Shown: in pieces, positions 51,791 through 64,000 of the stretch
How the letters are laid out: each line of letters opens with the position of its first letter
Position numbering within the stretch: the first letter of the stretch is position 1
DNA from: Octopus bimaculoides
Taxonomy: Eukaryota
DNA length: 64,000 bases
Direction of reading: 5' to 3'
NCBI RefSeq assembly: GCF_001194135.2
Contig: NC_068983.1
Coordinates: forward strand, 146,198,374 to 146,262,373
Notes under the pieces: model-generated
What the model was told of the DNA's origin: nothing
What the model saw: the letters and a program-made list of their open reading frames with translations, nothing else
The model's database searches: none
Translations under genes and position numbers: made by a program

Positions 51791-54559
51791 CTAGTTCTAG
51801 TCTTTCATTAGAATTTTACTTTTGTTACCCATCTCTTCTAAGTAACGAAGTGAGATCATTGACATGTTCATAGTGAAAACCCTTAAATCTTGCTGGCTTA
51901 GTACATTTACTTTATTGTAAATAGATATCTATTGCTAAATGCAATGAGTTCAAATCTCTGTAAGTTTGGAGAAAGAAATGGAAACACACTCCGTTTGTAT
52001 CATCTTCTGTAAACTCCTGTAAGTGTAGCATCCAAAGATTACTTTTTGAAGTTTAATCCACTTATTGTTTAAAGAATCACATAAATGTTTATCATCGTCA
52101 TTATCATTGTCATATGCCATATTCAGTCCCAATCTTGGTGACCACATTCCTTCAGTGTGATGGCATGAAAGTGGTTGTGTTGCAGAAAAGAAACACTGTG
52201 AGTGATCCTTTATGTCTCCCTACAACACAGTGCAAACATTTTGAAAGAGAGGAATTTATCCCAGTACTTGACTTATACTCTATTTTATCAAAGAACAAGA
52301 GGCAAAGTTGACCACTGTGTGAATATATGTTAATAAAATTATAATTGTTCAAACTAATTAACTTGCATGTTTAAAGATTAAAACAAAGCTTCAGTGTATA
52401 CATTTACACTACCCTACTTAACTGTAAATATTTTTTAAAAAATTATTTAAATATGAGGTTAAACAATTATAATCAGGCATTTAACACCATAAATGCTGTC
52501 ATAGGGAATGTTCCTAGGAATAATAACAACATACCACACATTTACCCATATTATATATATAGATATATATATAGTGACCAGGATATTTAAGTGCAGTGAA
52601 TGAAAAACAACAAATTTAGTGTTTGTACATTTGATATTGGAGATAATTAAGAGCTTGTGCATAAAAAGTAAACAACAAAATATTTATGTTCACCATTTTC
52701 TGTTTATATATTTATTAAAAGGTTTTATCTGTAGATCTTTAACTAGTTTTCCTTTCATATATTCGGATTATTTTTCTCTCATTGATATAATTTCTCCTTA
52801 AGATATTTTATCACTGATTGAGATTTAATTATATATACATTTACATATTTATTTGCATTAAATATTAATGGAAAACAAGTATCTTTCTGTTGTATTTGAA
52901 ACTATTTAATCCATGTTCTGACAGTGTTTTCATTTCAGTTTCTTCCATATATTAAGATGTTTTAATTCTAGCTGTTTGAAGCTAGGTATTTGTAAATCCT
53001 TAAACTACTAATAAATTTAATTTATTACTTTCAACAATTGATGTTTAATTATTTCCATTTCACAACTAATATATATTGTACATAACTGATGCAGTTCTTA
53101 AATTTTATTTTTACTCAGATCTTTTATTCACCTTTCTAGCCAAGTGAGATCAAAACACTTGATGTTCAGTTTAAATTACTGTATGTTAATGTAGGCAAAA
53201 TAAGAGAGGTTATGGGAAGTATGGCAGGGTTAGCAAATTGACAAGATATTTCTAATCTAAGAAGTAGATGGAGCTGAAAGGCCGACAACTTAGCTCTGAC
53301 CTTCTTGTGCCAGTTTACTCAAATAATTTGCACAACTTTGTTTTTATCAAAGTTCTCAAGAGCCAGGCAACTGGTGAATGCTAGTTAATACTTCAAGATT
53401 TGACTACTGAACCCATAATGGTTGTAACTAAAGAGGTAAAGAAACTCAGGATGTAAAAGTATTTGTTAATGATTGTCTTTTCATCTTTGAAACATCAGAG
53501 GTAAGAGAGGCTTTTAAGAACATTGCTTCTTTAGAATGCCACTGTAGATGAAGAAACATTGAAATGTCTGGTAAAACAGGAATTAGCTGTGAAGCATATT
53601 GTTTCATGACAGAGAAAGAAACTGTCAGATGTTGTTTTGTTAGGTTGGAATGATTGAAGATTTTGCACTTGGTGATTGTATGTGATTGTGAGAATAGAGT
53701 TTGGGAGAAGTCATGTTGAGGATGTGCAGTGTAGAATTGGGGAACAGTAGGCAGCAAATGTGGCAACATTTACAGCTGGCATGATACAGTGTTTTCTTAG
53801 AGTTATGGTACATATAAGGGTTGCCAATGAATCACAGACTGCACTCCTGTTAATCATGTATTGCTAATTTCAATTATTTATTCTGTATAACATTTATTGG
53901 CATTAGGAAGGACATTCAGCTGTAGAAGCCAAGCCAAACAAGACTATGATCAGAATAGTTTATTTCACCATGTTGCAGTTTACCTAGTCATCAAGAATAG
54001 GGGGTCATATTGAATAATATTGATTTCTAACATAGACACAAGATCATAGATTTGTAGTAGTAGTAGTGTAGTTGGCCATTTCAATCACTATTTGATTGCT
54101 GTTTATTTTATCAATCTTCTGAAGATGAAAAGTAAAACTGACCTTGATGAAATTTGAACTTAGAACAGGGGATTAGACACCGCAAGGTATTTTGGCCACC
54201 TATCTGCTACATCTGCTGTTGTTACTTGTGACAGACTAGTATCCTTTCTAAAGAAATTTATCTCTGATCTATTCTCATATCATTAACTAGACTTAGGTAT
54301 AGGCTTTCAAAATCTATTTACAATGAATGAACCATGATGACTTTCTTGACTTGTGCTTTATGTTTATCATTGAATTTTCATGGGGAAAATATAAAGGTGG
54401 TTTCTAGTTCCTTTCTTTTGGGTATTTTTTGCCAGACACCCTCCTGTCTGCTAGAAACAGATAGGTTCACTATATTTACCTGATTGCTCAGAAGACAATT
54501 AACTGAAACAAACTGCAAAGTATTTTATCCAATCCACTAACGATTCCACTAACTCACCA

Positions 54560-55060
54560 TTATCATCATCATCGTCAATTCTGTATCTGCTTTTCTATGC
54601 TTGCATAGTTTGGTGTGTCCTCTCCAACACAGTGTCAGATACCTGCTGCATTCCTTGAGGTTCAGTATCCTGAGATCAGAATTCGCCACTTCTGTTTACA
54701 ACTTCCTCAGTTACATTGTTTCCTCCAATGTGCATCTAGTATTTCTTTAACCAACTACTGCCAATTTATGTTTTACTTGTTCATACTAATGCAGCTGTCT
54801 CTCTCGTGCACCACATTTAACTCCTCTTACACTTAGTTTTTCTCTCATCTCATTTGTTCCTCTTCATTCATGCATACTAATATTACACATCCAGTGGATC
54901 ATATTTGCATCATTTCTCTGCATTTGGTATCTACATTTCACTACTATGTTGCATCACACTTCCTTACAAGCATCATACAAGTTATCCTTTTGATTAAAGA
55001 AAGAAGCCCCTTGTTGTCAGCAGAAGTAATTCCTGATATTCTTTGAAAACATCTCTGGTC
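54560..55060 (-). mobile_element. Decayed RTE LINE 3' fragment
   Basis: The minus strand carries GASFFNQKDNLYDAC-like coding remnants and a (GAT)n-type tail. Confidence 0.6.
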
Positions 55061-55399
55061 ATGGAAAAATATTAACTTGTCTGGAAACAGTTATGGGTTG
55101 GCAACAGGAAAAACATCCTGTTGTAAAAAATCTGCTTTAAAAAAAACTGTGTCTGATCCATGCAAACATAGAAAGGTGGATGTTAAAATGATGACAATGG
55201 TGATGATGTATCTCTTTGGTAGAGAATTATCAGGATTGGTACAGTGGTTTATATTATGTCTTGTAGTTAATTACATCATTTAACATACTGAATTTGAATC
55301 CTGCCAAAGTTTACTTTGGTTTCATCCTCTTGGAGGTTGATAAAGCAAGTACAAATCAGTTACTAAGGGTAGTATAATTAACTTTATCCCCAATTGATT

Positions 55400-55790
55400 A
55401 TATAAAGCTGTACAGAGCTATTACTTCTGTTGGTAAAAAAAGGATTCCTAAGTGAAAGACAGACTGTATGATGCTTGTGTTCAAACTGCAATGCTGCACA
55501 GTAGTGAGATATGGGTGGTGAATGTAGAGGCTCTGCAAAAACTAGAAAGATAAAAATAAAAAAAAGATGAATTGGATGTGCAAATGTTTTGACAGAAAAG
55601 CTGGACATTAAAGGAATCAGAAGTAGTGTGCAAGAGGAGTTTGGGTATGTGATGCATATGAATGAGGATAACTGTATAAAGTGCTGATTGCTTAAAGTAG
55701 ATGGAACCTGTGAAAGAGGAAGATATGAGATGAAGTAGTGAAGGCTGATCTCAGGATTTTGAGTTTCATGGAGATAATAAAGAAATGAGT
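55400..55790 (+). mobile_element. Decayed RTE LINE ORF2 C-terminal fragment
   Basis: GTGAAAGACAGACTGTATGATGCTTGTG...ATGCTGCACAGTAGTGAGATATGG is homologous to 24005-24070. Confidence 0.7.
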
Positions 55791-56814
55791 AGCAATATGT
55801 GGTGCTTAAGAAAACCCACTCTGCTACAGTAGTATAGTGTAACTGAGTTTTTCAAAGCATAATGTGTATGCACACCGCTTGGTCCCATTCCTTACCCATT
55901 GTCCCTGCCAGGTCTACAACTGCTGCTGCTTCCCAATTAAGACAAGTGGATCTCTTCTTTCAGCTATACACTATTGATATCCACAGCATTCTTACTGTCA
56001 ACCATCCTCACTCTTGTTTACATTCAGCTCACACTCTCCCCTACTCACTTGCAGATTTAACCCTACTCCTTGTCTTGTTACCACTCAGCTTGCCATTACT
56101 TTCCTATCTACAGTATTCTGTTGCTTTCAGTTATGAAAGCAGAACCTGTTGTACACCATATATTGCCATTTCTGTCCTACCAGCCACCACTCCCTATCTT
56201 ATATGCTACACCCTATCAACAAACATCCCAACAGGATATTTTTCCCCAATCAAAATCACTACATTCATCCCCTACATACATGTAAATACCTTCATGATTA
56301 CAACTATCTGTCACTCTCCCACACTCTTGCAACTTCCTTGATTATTCTGCATTCCTGCTTTCATGTTCACATTCTTAGATATACCACCTTGAGGGTACAT
56401 TCTGGCACCTCATTGCCAGATCCCTAATCTAAAAATTCAAATTAGAAATCAAGGTAGTTCAGGTGAATTCAACATACTGCTGAAATTGGAAAGAAAGGTA
56501 AAATCTGAATAGTGCACTTCCTTGTAAATACTATATTTATCCTGAAGTCCTAAAAGCAAAATCTAAAGGCCAGCCCAACCTCTCTCACATGTCAAGCAGG
56601 TCACACACATGCCAGTAGGTCACTCTACCACCATCCTATAATGTATAATTGTCAAGAGCTTAAAACAGCTTAAATATTGATATGCAATATAACACCTAAT
56701 TGTCAACAGCTTAACATACTTAAATGGTATAAACAGTATACCTTGTATGGCTGCAGGATATAGTTATAACAAGACATAAACAGTTTTGATTGTTGCTTAT
56801 TGTACTCTGCAGAG

Positions 56815-56857
<43 letters not shown>

Positions 56858-59529
56858 GACTGTTATATTTATGAAAGGGTGTATTTTATTTTGGTTGCCC
56901 AGCCACCAAAGTGATACTGGCAGGCTGACATAATGAATTATCTCCCTTTACGAGATTTACTGTCTGCTGATACGTAATATGGGGTCACCAAATGTCTTCT
57001 CTAAGTATAAGATATCTGTCTCTATTCCTCTGTTATGCTGTAACCTCTCAACCAGCACAAAAGCCTCATCCCTCAATAGCACACTCTCTCCCAGCTGTGG
57101 TGGGGGTCTTTGTTTTGCAAGTTACTTGGCAACCCTTGTGGTGCTGGGTCACATAAAAAGCACTCAGTTCACTCTGTAAAGTGGTTGGCATTAAGGGCAT
57201 CCAGCCATAGAAACCATGCCAAAACAGAGCCTGGTGCAGTTGGTCTTACTTGCCAGCTCCTGTTTTTACCATCCAACTCATGCCAGCATGGAAGGCAAAT
57301 GTTAAGTTGTGACTCTCACACAAGATTTGTGCAGTCAAAACATCACTGAGATTTTCATGCATAGCACTTAACTCTCATCCCTTGAGTCACTATGTAACTT
57401 CTGCTGATTAAAAGCAAAAAATACATATAATTTTGACAATCACTTTATGCTTGCATTGGGTGGATGGAATTTATTGAAGCGGATTTTCTACAGCTGGATA
57501 CCCTTCCTATCACCAACCTTTACCTGTTCCCAAGCTAAGTAATATTTCCTGATAGCTAGATATGTTTTCTGTATTATATTGAAAATGAATGACACTGCTT
57601 GTACGATAGTCACACTAATTTACAATCACCTGATATCACAATAAGGACACACACACGCACAAACAAACATGCACACACACACACACACACTGTGGATAAA
57701 CTGAGTATCAAAGTTTGAAATAAACTATATATATTTGTGGGTGTGTGTGTGTACATATATGTAGAGATTGGTTTTTAAGTCTGGATATTTTCAGTCATTT
57801 TATTTAACTACATTAATAACATTTTCAACATGGGTTTCTCCATTAGTGATGTAAAGTTCGAAGTACTTTGTGAGATGCACATGAATCTGATGCAGTAACT
57901 CTGTATTTCCGTCAATTTGAGAACATTCATTCATAATGGGTTCCGTCAGATGATCCAGACCTCATCATCCCTGTGCATGGCTACGTGATTAAAAAGCTCA
58001 TGTCCTAACCATGTGGTTTCAGGTTCATTCCCATTGTAAGCCACCTGCGGCATGTTTCTTCTCCTAATGTCACCACTGGCCAAAACTTTGTGAGTGGATT
58101 TAGATGACAGAAACTGAAAGCAGTTCATTGAATATGTATGTGATGTGAGCATCCTCATCTTGATGTGCGATGGTTGTGAACAAGTGTCATAATCATACAA
58201 TTCTGTTGGTTTCTAGATCTGTGAAAAACATGTCGGGCCATGGTGAATTTTTACTTTACTCGGAAACAAATGGTTGGCAACAGGATATCCAGCCATAGAA
58301 AATACATTTTGACAAAGTCCATCTGATCCATGCAAGCATGGAAAAGTGAACATTAAAACTATGATGAGCATAATTGTGAAATGTTTCTACAAACTGGTTC
58401 ACTTTGTAAAAATTATAAGCACAAGTTTCATCTGTTAAAATTTAATGAATGTTGATGACTGGAATTTTTCCAAATTAAATATACTTACACCACTAAAGTA
58501 ACGAGGTTTCAAATTTCAGAAGAACTGCATAGGAATTCAGGTCTTTCACATTTAACTGCAGTTCTACATGGAAAAGTGCATAAACAAACATACACATCAG
58601 GAGTACATTTAATCTCCCATTTTAACTTGTTTGAGGCAGTGGAATGCAGCCAGGCTTGAGCACTGCACTGAAGGATACAATTGAACAAACTGACCCCTTA
58701 TTTTTAAGTCTGGTATTTATTTTGCCAAAATGTTAACTCATGGGGATGTAAACAAACCAACAACTGTTGTCAAGCTGTGATGTTGGATAAACACAGACAC
58801 ACATACATAGCTATATGACAGGCTTCTTTCAGTTTCAGGCTACCAAATCCACTTACAGAGCTTTGGTTGGCCTGGGGCTATAAAAGACACTTGCCCAAGG
58901 TGCCATGCAGCGGGACTAAACATGAAACCATGTGGTTAGGAAGCAGACGTTGTAGCACATAACTGATGAAGTTTGTGATTGTACTTTTTACTAAGTTGAC
59001 CAGTTTGCAGAAGGGCATAGTGTTCCTGTGGTATATTTAAATATTTATATTTATTTATATATATCTATTTTTTTTATTCTGTTGTCTACTTAATAAAGCT
59101 CTAAATATTAGTTTATTAGCATTCTCTTAGAGTCCTCCCTCAGAAAGCATTTCTTACTGTATTTTGAAAAATTGTGTGTGTATGCACAAAGAGTTTCTGT
59201 ACCCGAGTAAATCTTAAAAAGGAAATTGGGGAAAGACATTTTTCTTCTTTCTCTAAGAAACTTACTTAAAATTGAAAACAATTAACAAAACTGTCATTTG
59301 TCTTACAAATCATTTATTAATAAATTTCGCAGGGCAGGGATTAATTAAAACACTTCTGCAACATTGACATTTCTACAACTGAAACAGTCTGAAGATGTGT
59401 AATGATTAACATAAGTGATAAGAACTGACTCAAAATAACAAGTGGAAACCCTTATTGACATGAATAACAGCTGTGTGCAGAGAGGTTCGAGAAAATCTCA
59501 TATAGCACTTGTTTGGTTTTATGTGTAGT

Positions 59530-59915
59530 GGAGGCGCAATGGCCCAGTGGTTAGGACAGCGGACTCGCGGTCATAGGATCGCGGTTTCGATTCCCAGACA
59601 GGGCGTTGTGAGTGCTTATTGAGCGAAAACCCCTAAAGCTCCACAAGGCTCTGGCAGGGGATGGTGGCGAACCCTGCTGTACTCTTTCACCACAACTTTC
59701 TCTCACTCTTACTTCCTGTTTCTGTTGTGCCTGTAATTCAAAGGGTCAGCCTTGTCACACTCTGTGTCACGCTGAATATCCCCGAGAACTACGTTAAGGG
59801 TACACGTATCTGTGGAGTGCTCAGCCACTTGCACGTTAATTTCACGAGCAGGCTGTTCCGTTGATCGGATCAACTGGAACCCTCGACGTCGTAAGCGATG
59901 GAGTGCCAACAACAA
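59530..59915 (+). mobile_element. Full-length young tRNA-derived SINE (family C) with 16-bp TSD
   Basis: A box TGGCCCAGTGG, B box GGTTTCGATTCCC and a (CAA)n tail. The TSD TGGTTTTATGTGTAGT is perfect at 59514-59529 and 59916-59931. Confidence 0.92.
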
Positions 59916-60444
59916 TGGTTTTATGTGTAGTTCTGTTCTCTTTGCAATTTTACTGCTGGCATTAAGACTGAAATGATGACCATCAGCTTTACTCTTATGA
60001 AGAATATTTCACAGTGACAATTTCAGTAAGTTGTTAGCTCAGTTAATCTGTAATCTATTTAGTAACTTGGAACAGATTACAAACTGGAGCAGAGGAGGGT
60101 CAATAACTGTAACAGATTATAGATCATGGAATCGCTAACTAATCTATAATCTAAAATAGATGTTGGTAGTTTGGATGAATCCAAAATACTATTGAGAGAG
60201 AGAGAGAGAGATTCTGAACCAAGAACATCTTAAACAGTCTCCAATAGTTTAGAAAAAATGGTTACTAAACAATCTTTCAGACACATTATTGAGGAACTGT
60301 TGCTTACACTGCACTAAACATTATCATGTCTGCAAGCTATGAGTAACAAATTTGCAACACTATTTGTTAAAGTATCTTTCTTCCAAGAGAGAAATCAAGA
60401 ATACTTGAGGTGGGGTGATACTAGTTTATTAGTTTATGGGCATT

Positions 60445-60468
60445 TCTCTCTCTCACTCNNNNNNNNNN

Positions 60469-60512
<44 letters not shown>
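60445..60512. repeat. (CT)n microsatellite containing a 10-N gap (60459-60468)
   Basis: Seen directly. Confidence 0.95.
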
Positions 60513-60515
<3 letters not shown>

Positions 60516-61391
60516 ATATGCTTATTAACAGATTTATTACTTTCTTATTCAATCATGAATTTGTGGATATGTGTGAGAGAGAGAGAGAGAGAGAGAGCGC
60601 ACACAGGAACTGAAATAATTTTATGGTGAAAGAGGTAGGAGGGGTTCAATTTATTTGGGTTTCATTCAGCATTAGTGCTGCTAAAACACTTGTATGGAAT
60701 TAATTCATATATTCCATGATTTTATACACACACAAACACACATATATTTATACACATTCAATTTATATATGTTCAATGTGGTATAGATGTAAGCATGAGT
60801 AAAAGAGTAAATACAAATAGATGAGAAGCAACAAAACAAATGGAAAGAAAAATGAAGTTATGAAGATAGACTGAAATGTGTATGTGAATCCAATGAATTT
60901 TTTTTTTTTTTTTGCTGTTTTATTCCAAGTGTTGGTTCTTTCTTGTGATGTCCTTTTGTTTGTTTGGTTAATATAAAGAAAACCAAATGGAAAAGTATAA
61001 AATATTGAATAAAAGGCATCAACTGAAAACAGACATTGGTTTTGAGCTAAAAAAGTTTATCAAAATGTAAACACACATACTCACACATGTAATTGCATAC
61101 ACACACATATACACATTCACTCATGCATGTATGCATGCACATGTATACATACACACAAAATAAAAATATAAGGAACTCCTCCCTAAAAAAAGTTAATGCA
61201 CCAGGCAGATAATAGAATGAAGAAATTGTGTTGCATTCTTAGTAAAGCTATATTATATATATAGCTAAGAAGATCTGAAGAAGGAATTGTAATTCCGAAA
61301 TATCATCGGACTATAGATAACCAAATTACAACAGGTATATAGTCCATTTCTTGTTTTATAGTGCATTGTTGTACCATTCTAAACTTTTATT

Positions 61392-61433
<42 letters not shown>

Positions 61434-62210
61434 AATAGATAAGACAGAAAGAAAAAGAAAATTCCTAGTTCTTAAATTATCAGAAGGCAGAGACATTTGC
61501 TGTCTTTATACTGCCAATAGGATCTCTGATAACTTTCTTCTGAATTATAGAGTTTCTATAATTCCACTTATTTGCTTTAAATAAAAGGAAAGATAAAAAA
61601 GACAAAATCAATGTTGTCAATGCCCAATTCTTCAGAGGGAAAAGAATAAAAATGATATGTGCTACACTGGAATGGGGCGAAGAATCAAACATATTTGTAT
61701 TTAGTTTTATTGGTCTACAAAGTATTATTTTTAAAGAATTGGAATTTTTAATATCACGAACTTAAAGAAGGTATTATGTATTATGTAAAAGAAATTGAAA
61801 GTGAAAAAATAAAAACACTCATAAGCGACTATTAGCATGTTCTTTAAAAAACTGAAAGAAAAATATAGAACTGTAAGAATTAAAAAATGATAACTGCTAA
61901 TTAACAAATCAAATAATTTTGGATGGAAACAAAAAAAAGAAGAGAAAATATATATAAATGTAATTATTAAGAACAATGTTCATAAAAGTTTAGAAATGAA
62001 AAATTTACTTTCCCTACCAACATCAGTAGTTTGGGGGATTTTAATGTTTTAAAACTAAATGGGAGAAAATCAGATGGACACATGTAAGTGTGCATGCATA
62101 TATATTTATATATACACACACGGACACATACATGCACAGATGCAAACACATAATACACATGTACAAATATACACATGTATGAACATGTATGTGTGTTTGT
62201 GTATGTATAA

Positions 62211-62241
<31 letters not shown>

Positions 62242-62695
62242 TACATTATACAATTACACAAACACATGTATATGTGTGCATGTGAATACACACCCACACA
62301 CAATGGAACATTTGGAAGAAAAAGCTGGAAAACAGGTTTATCTCAAATTTGCTGTTGGCTGACTGGATTATAAAGGAAAAAAAACAAGGTTTTAACAAAT
62401 CCCATGTATAGAAGAAAATATCACATGTAATGCTGAAGTATGAGGTGAATTTTTAAAAAATGACACATGCACACACAAACAACAAACAACTGAAGGAAAA
62501 TGTGAAGTGATAGTGAGTAATGATTTAGTGGGTAAATGAATCACCCAACGTCAACATTAGTGGTTGATGTAGTGGGTGATGGTGGCTGTTGTTTAGTAGT
62601 AAGCTTCTGATAATGGATAGGTAGACATAATAAATGGTTCTTCCAGTTCAGCTATTGTCACAGACAACTAATTACGAGGGACTAAAAGTAACATC

Positions 62696-62921
62696 CTATG
62701 TGTGTGTATATGTTTGCGTGTCTGTGTTTGTCCCCCCAACATCGCTTGACAACCGATGCTGGTGTGTTTACGTCCCCGTAACTTAGCGGTTTGGCAAAAG
62801 AGACCGATAGAATAAGTACTAGGCTTACAAAGAATAAGTCCTGGGGTCGATTTGCTCGACTAAAGGCGGTGCTCCAGCATGGCCACAGTCAAATGACTGA
62901 AACAAATAAAAGAGTAAAAGA

Positions 62922-62922
<1 letters not shown>
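62696..62922 (+). mobile_element. SINE family B 3' half, well preserved
   Basis: GTCCCCCCAACATCGCTTGACAACCGATGCTGG...TAAAGGCGGTGCTCCAGCATGGCC...AAAGAGTAAAAGAGTA. Confidence 0.88.
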
Positions 62923-62959
<37 letters not shown>

Positions 62960-63864
62960 TATATTAGATACATATACATACGATATATATATATATATAT
63001 ATGCGTGTGTGCATATACATATGTATGTATATATATACACATTCAGATGAATTAGGTACTTAAGTTGAGGCACCAGAATTTAGTACGGTATTATCCATAC
63101 AATATCAAAATAAGTACCCCCAAGAAACTATATCACATATGGATTAAAACTAATAACTTTTAAAACCTATAATATACCTTTTAGTTTATAATTAGTATGC
63201 CCTATAACATCAAGATTCTTTTAGCTAATACCAGGTATCAGTCTTTATTGATACAAACTAAATAAGTAAATAAACAATTTTTAGTTTATAATACTTAAAT
63301 TATTATACATTTTCTATAAATCTTCTCTGTTGATGTTAATAAGGTATATATACTTTATCATGGTTTTAGTGATTAAGCTATTTTATTCTTTTTCTATGGT
63401 TTTGTACCCTACCTGATCATTTTATTATTTCATAATAGCCTTTAATAAATCTAATTTTTTTACCCCTACAAAATTCATACTTAGCTTATACAAAACAATA
63501 CCGGTATCTTCACAACTTAAACTGATTAGATTATAATTTAATTAATATATAGTTAACAAATTCTTTCACCTCAGTGTTCCTTTATTAAAAACCAGTAAAA
63601 TCTAATTGATCAATCTCCGTAGATACCATCTAATAAGTTAATAATTAAGTATATAATATGTATAAATATTAATCTATTTCTATGTAATGTCTTTTCCTCC
63701 CTCTATTGTGGTAAGATTTGGTATACACTCAAAAGTATTCAAAGAAATTTTATCCATTTGTTATAATATTCTTCTTAATAACCTTCTTGACAACCCTAAA
63801 TTTTAACTTTATACAATATGGCATTATTGTCTAAAATATTTAACTATAGTACCCCATGATAAAA

Positions 63865-64000
63865 TGATTTATATATATATATGTATACATGTGTATATTT
63901 ATATATATATATATATATATTTATATTTATTTATATATATATATATATTTATATTTATTTATATATATATATATATTTATATTTATTTATATATATATAT
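63865..64000. repeat. (TA)n with higher-order ATTTATATTTATTT(AT)n units
   Basis: Seen directly; runs off the window edge. Confidence 0.9.

Noticed and set aside
59530-59600. tRNA-like sequence
   Set aside because: There is no complete cloverleaf or acceptor stem; it is the head of a SINE bounded by TSDs.
63062-63865. 800-nt AT-rich, TA-dinucleotide-rich block considered as a NUMT or hypermutated transposon ORF
   Set aside because: No mitochondrial protein or rRNA is recognisable in any frame I read, and stop density is what AT-rich DNA would give by chance. A blastx/HMM search would be needed to rescue it.

Overview
This is eukaryotic (metazoan) genomic DNA, AT-rich and repeat-dense, with three N gaps. 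The SINE and RTE-LINE families look like those of Octopus (inferred from recalled consensus sequences, not database-checked). One protein-coding gene is well supported: ZFPL1 (cis-Golgi zinc finger protein-like 1) on the + strand. It has 6 coding exons (33917-34018, 43305-43425, 44546-44739, 45197-45467, 46401-46515, 48540-48777) that join in frame to a 1041-nt CDS (346 aa), and a housekeeping-type promoter lies directly upstream. The rest is decayed mobile DNA: RTE and Jockey/L2-like LINEs, two mariners, hAT derivatives, a Gypsy-like gag fragment, two probable solo LTRs, several SINE families and microsatellites. The most notable unexplained structures are: (1) a 48-bp element made only of 20-bp perfect TIRs with a 9-bp target duplication, whose empty site is visible in a paralogous repeat; (2) a 234-bp loopless palindrome centred on the 14-bp palindrome carried by the RTE 3' tail; (3) an orphan cluster of NRF1-like/YY1/E2F/CRE motifs at 12.85 kb; (4) a degenerate DNA-level copy of ZFPL1 exon 5 inside intron 5; (5) an inverted repeat enclosing TTAGGG-like repeats at an assembly gap. 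I found no CRISPR array, rRNA or intact tRNA gene. Boundaries of decayed repeats are approximate (tens of nt).
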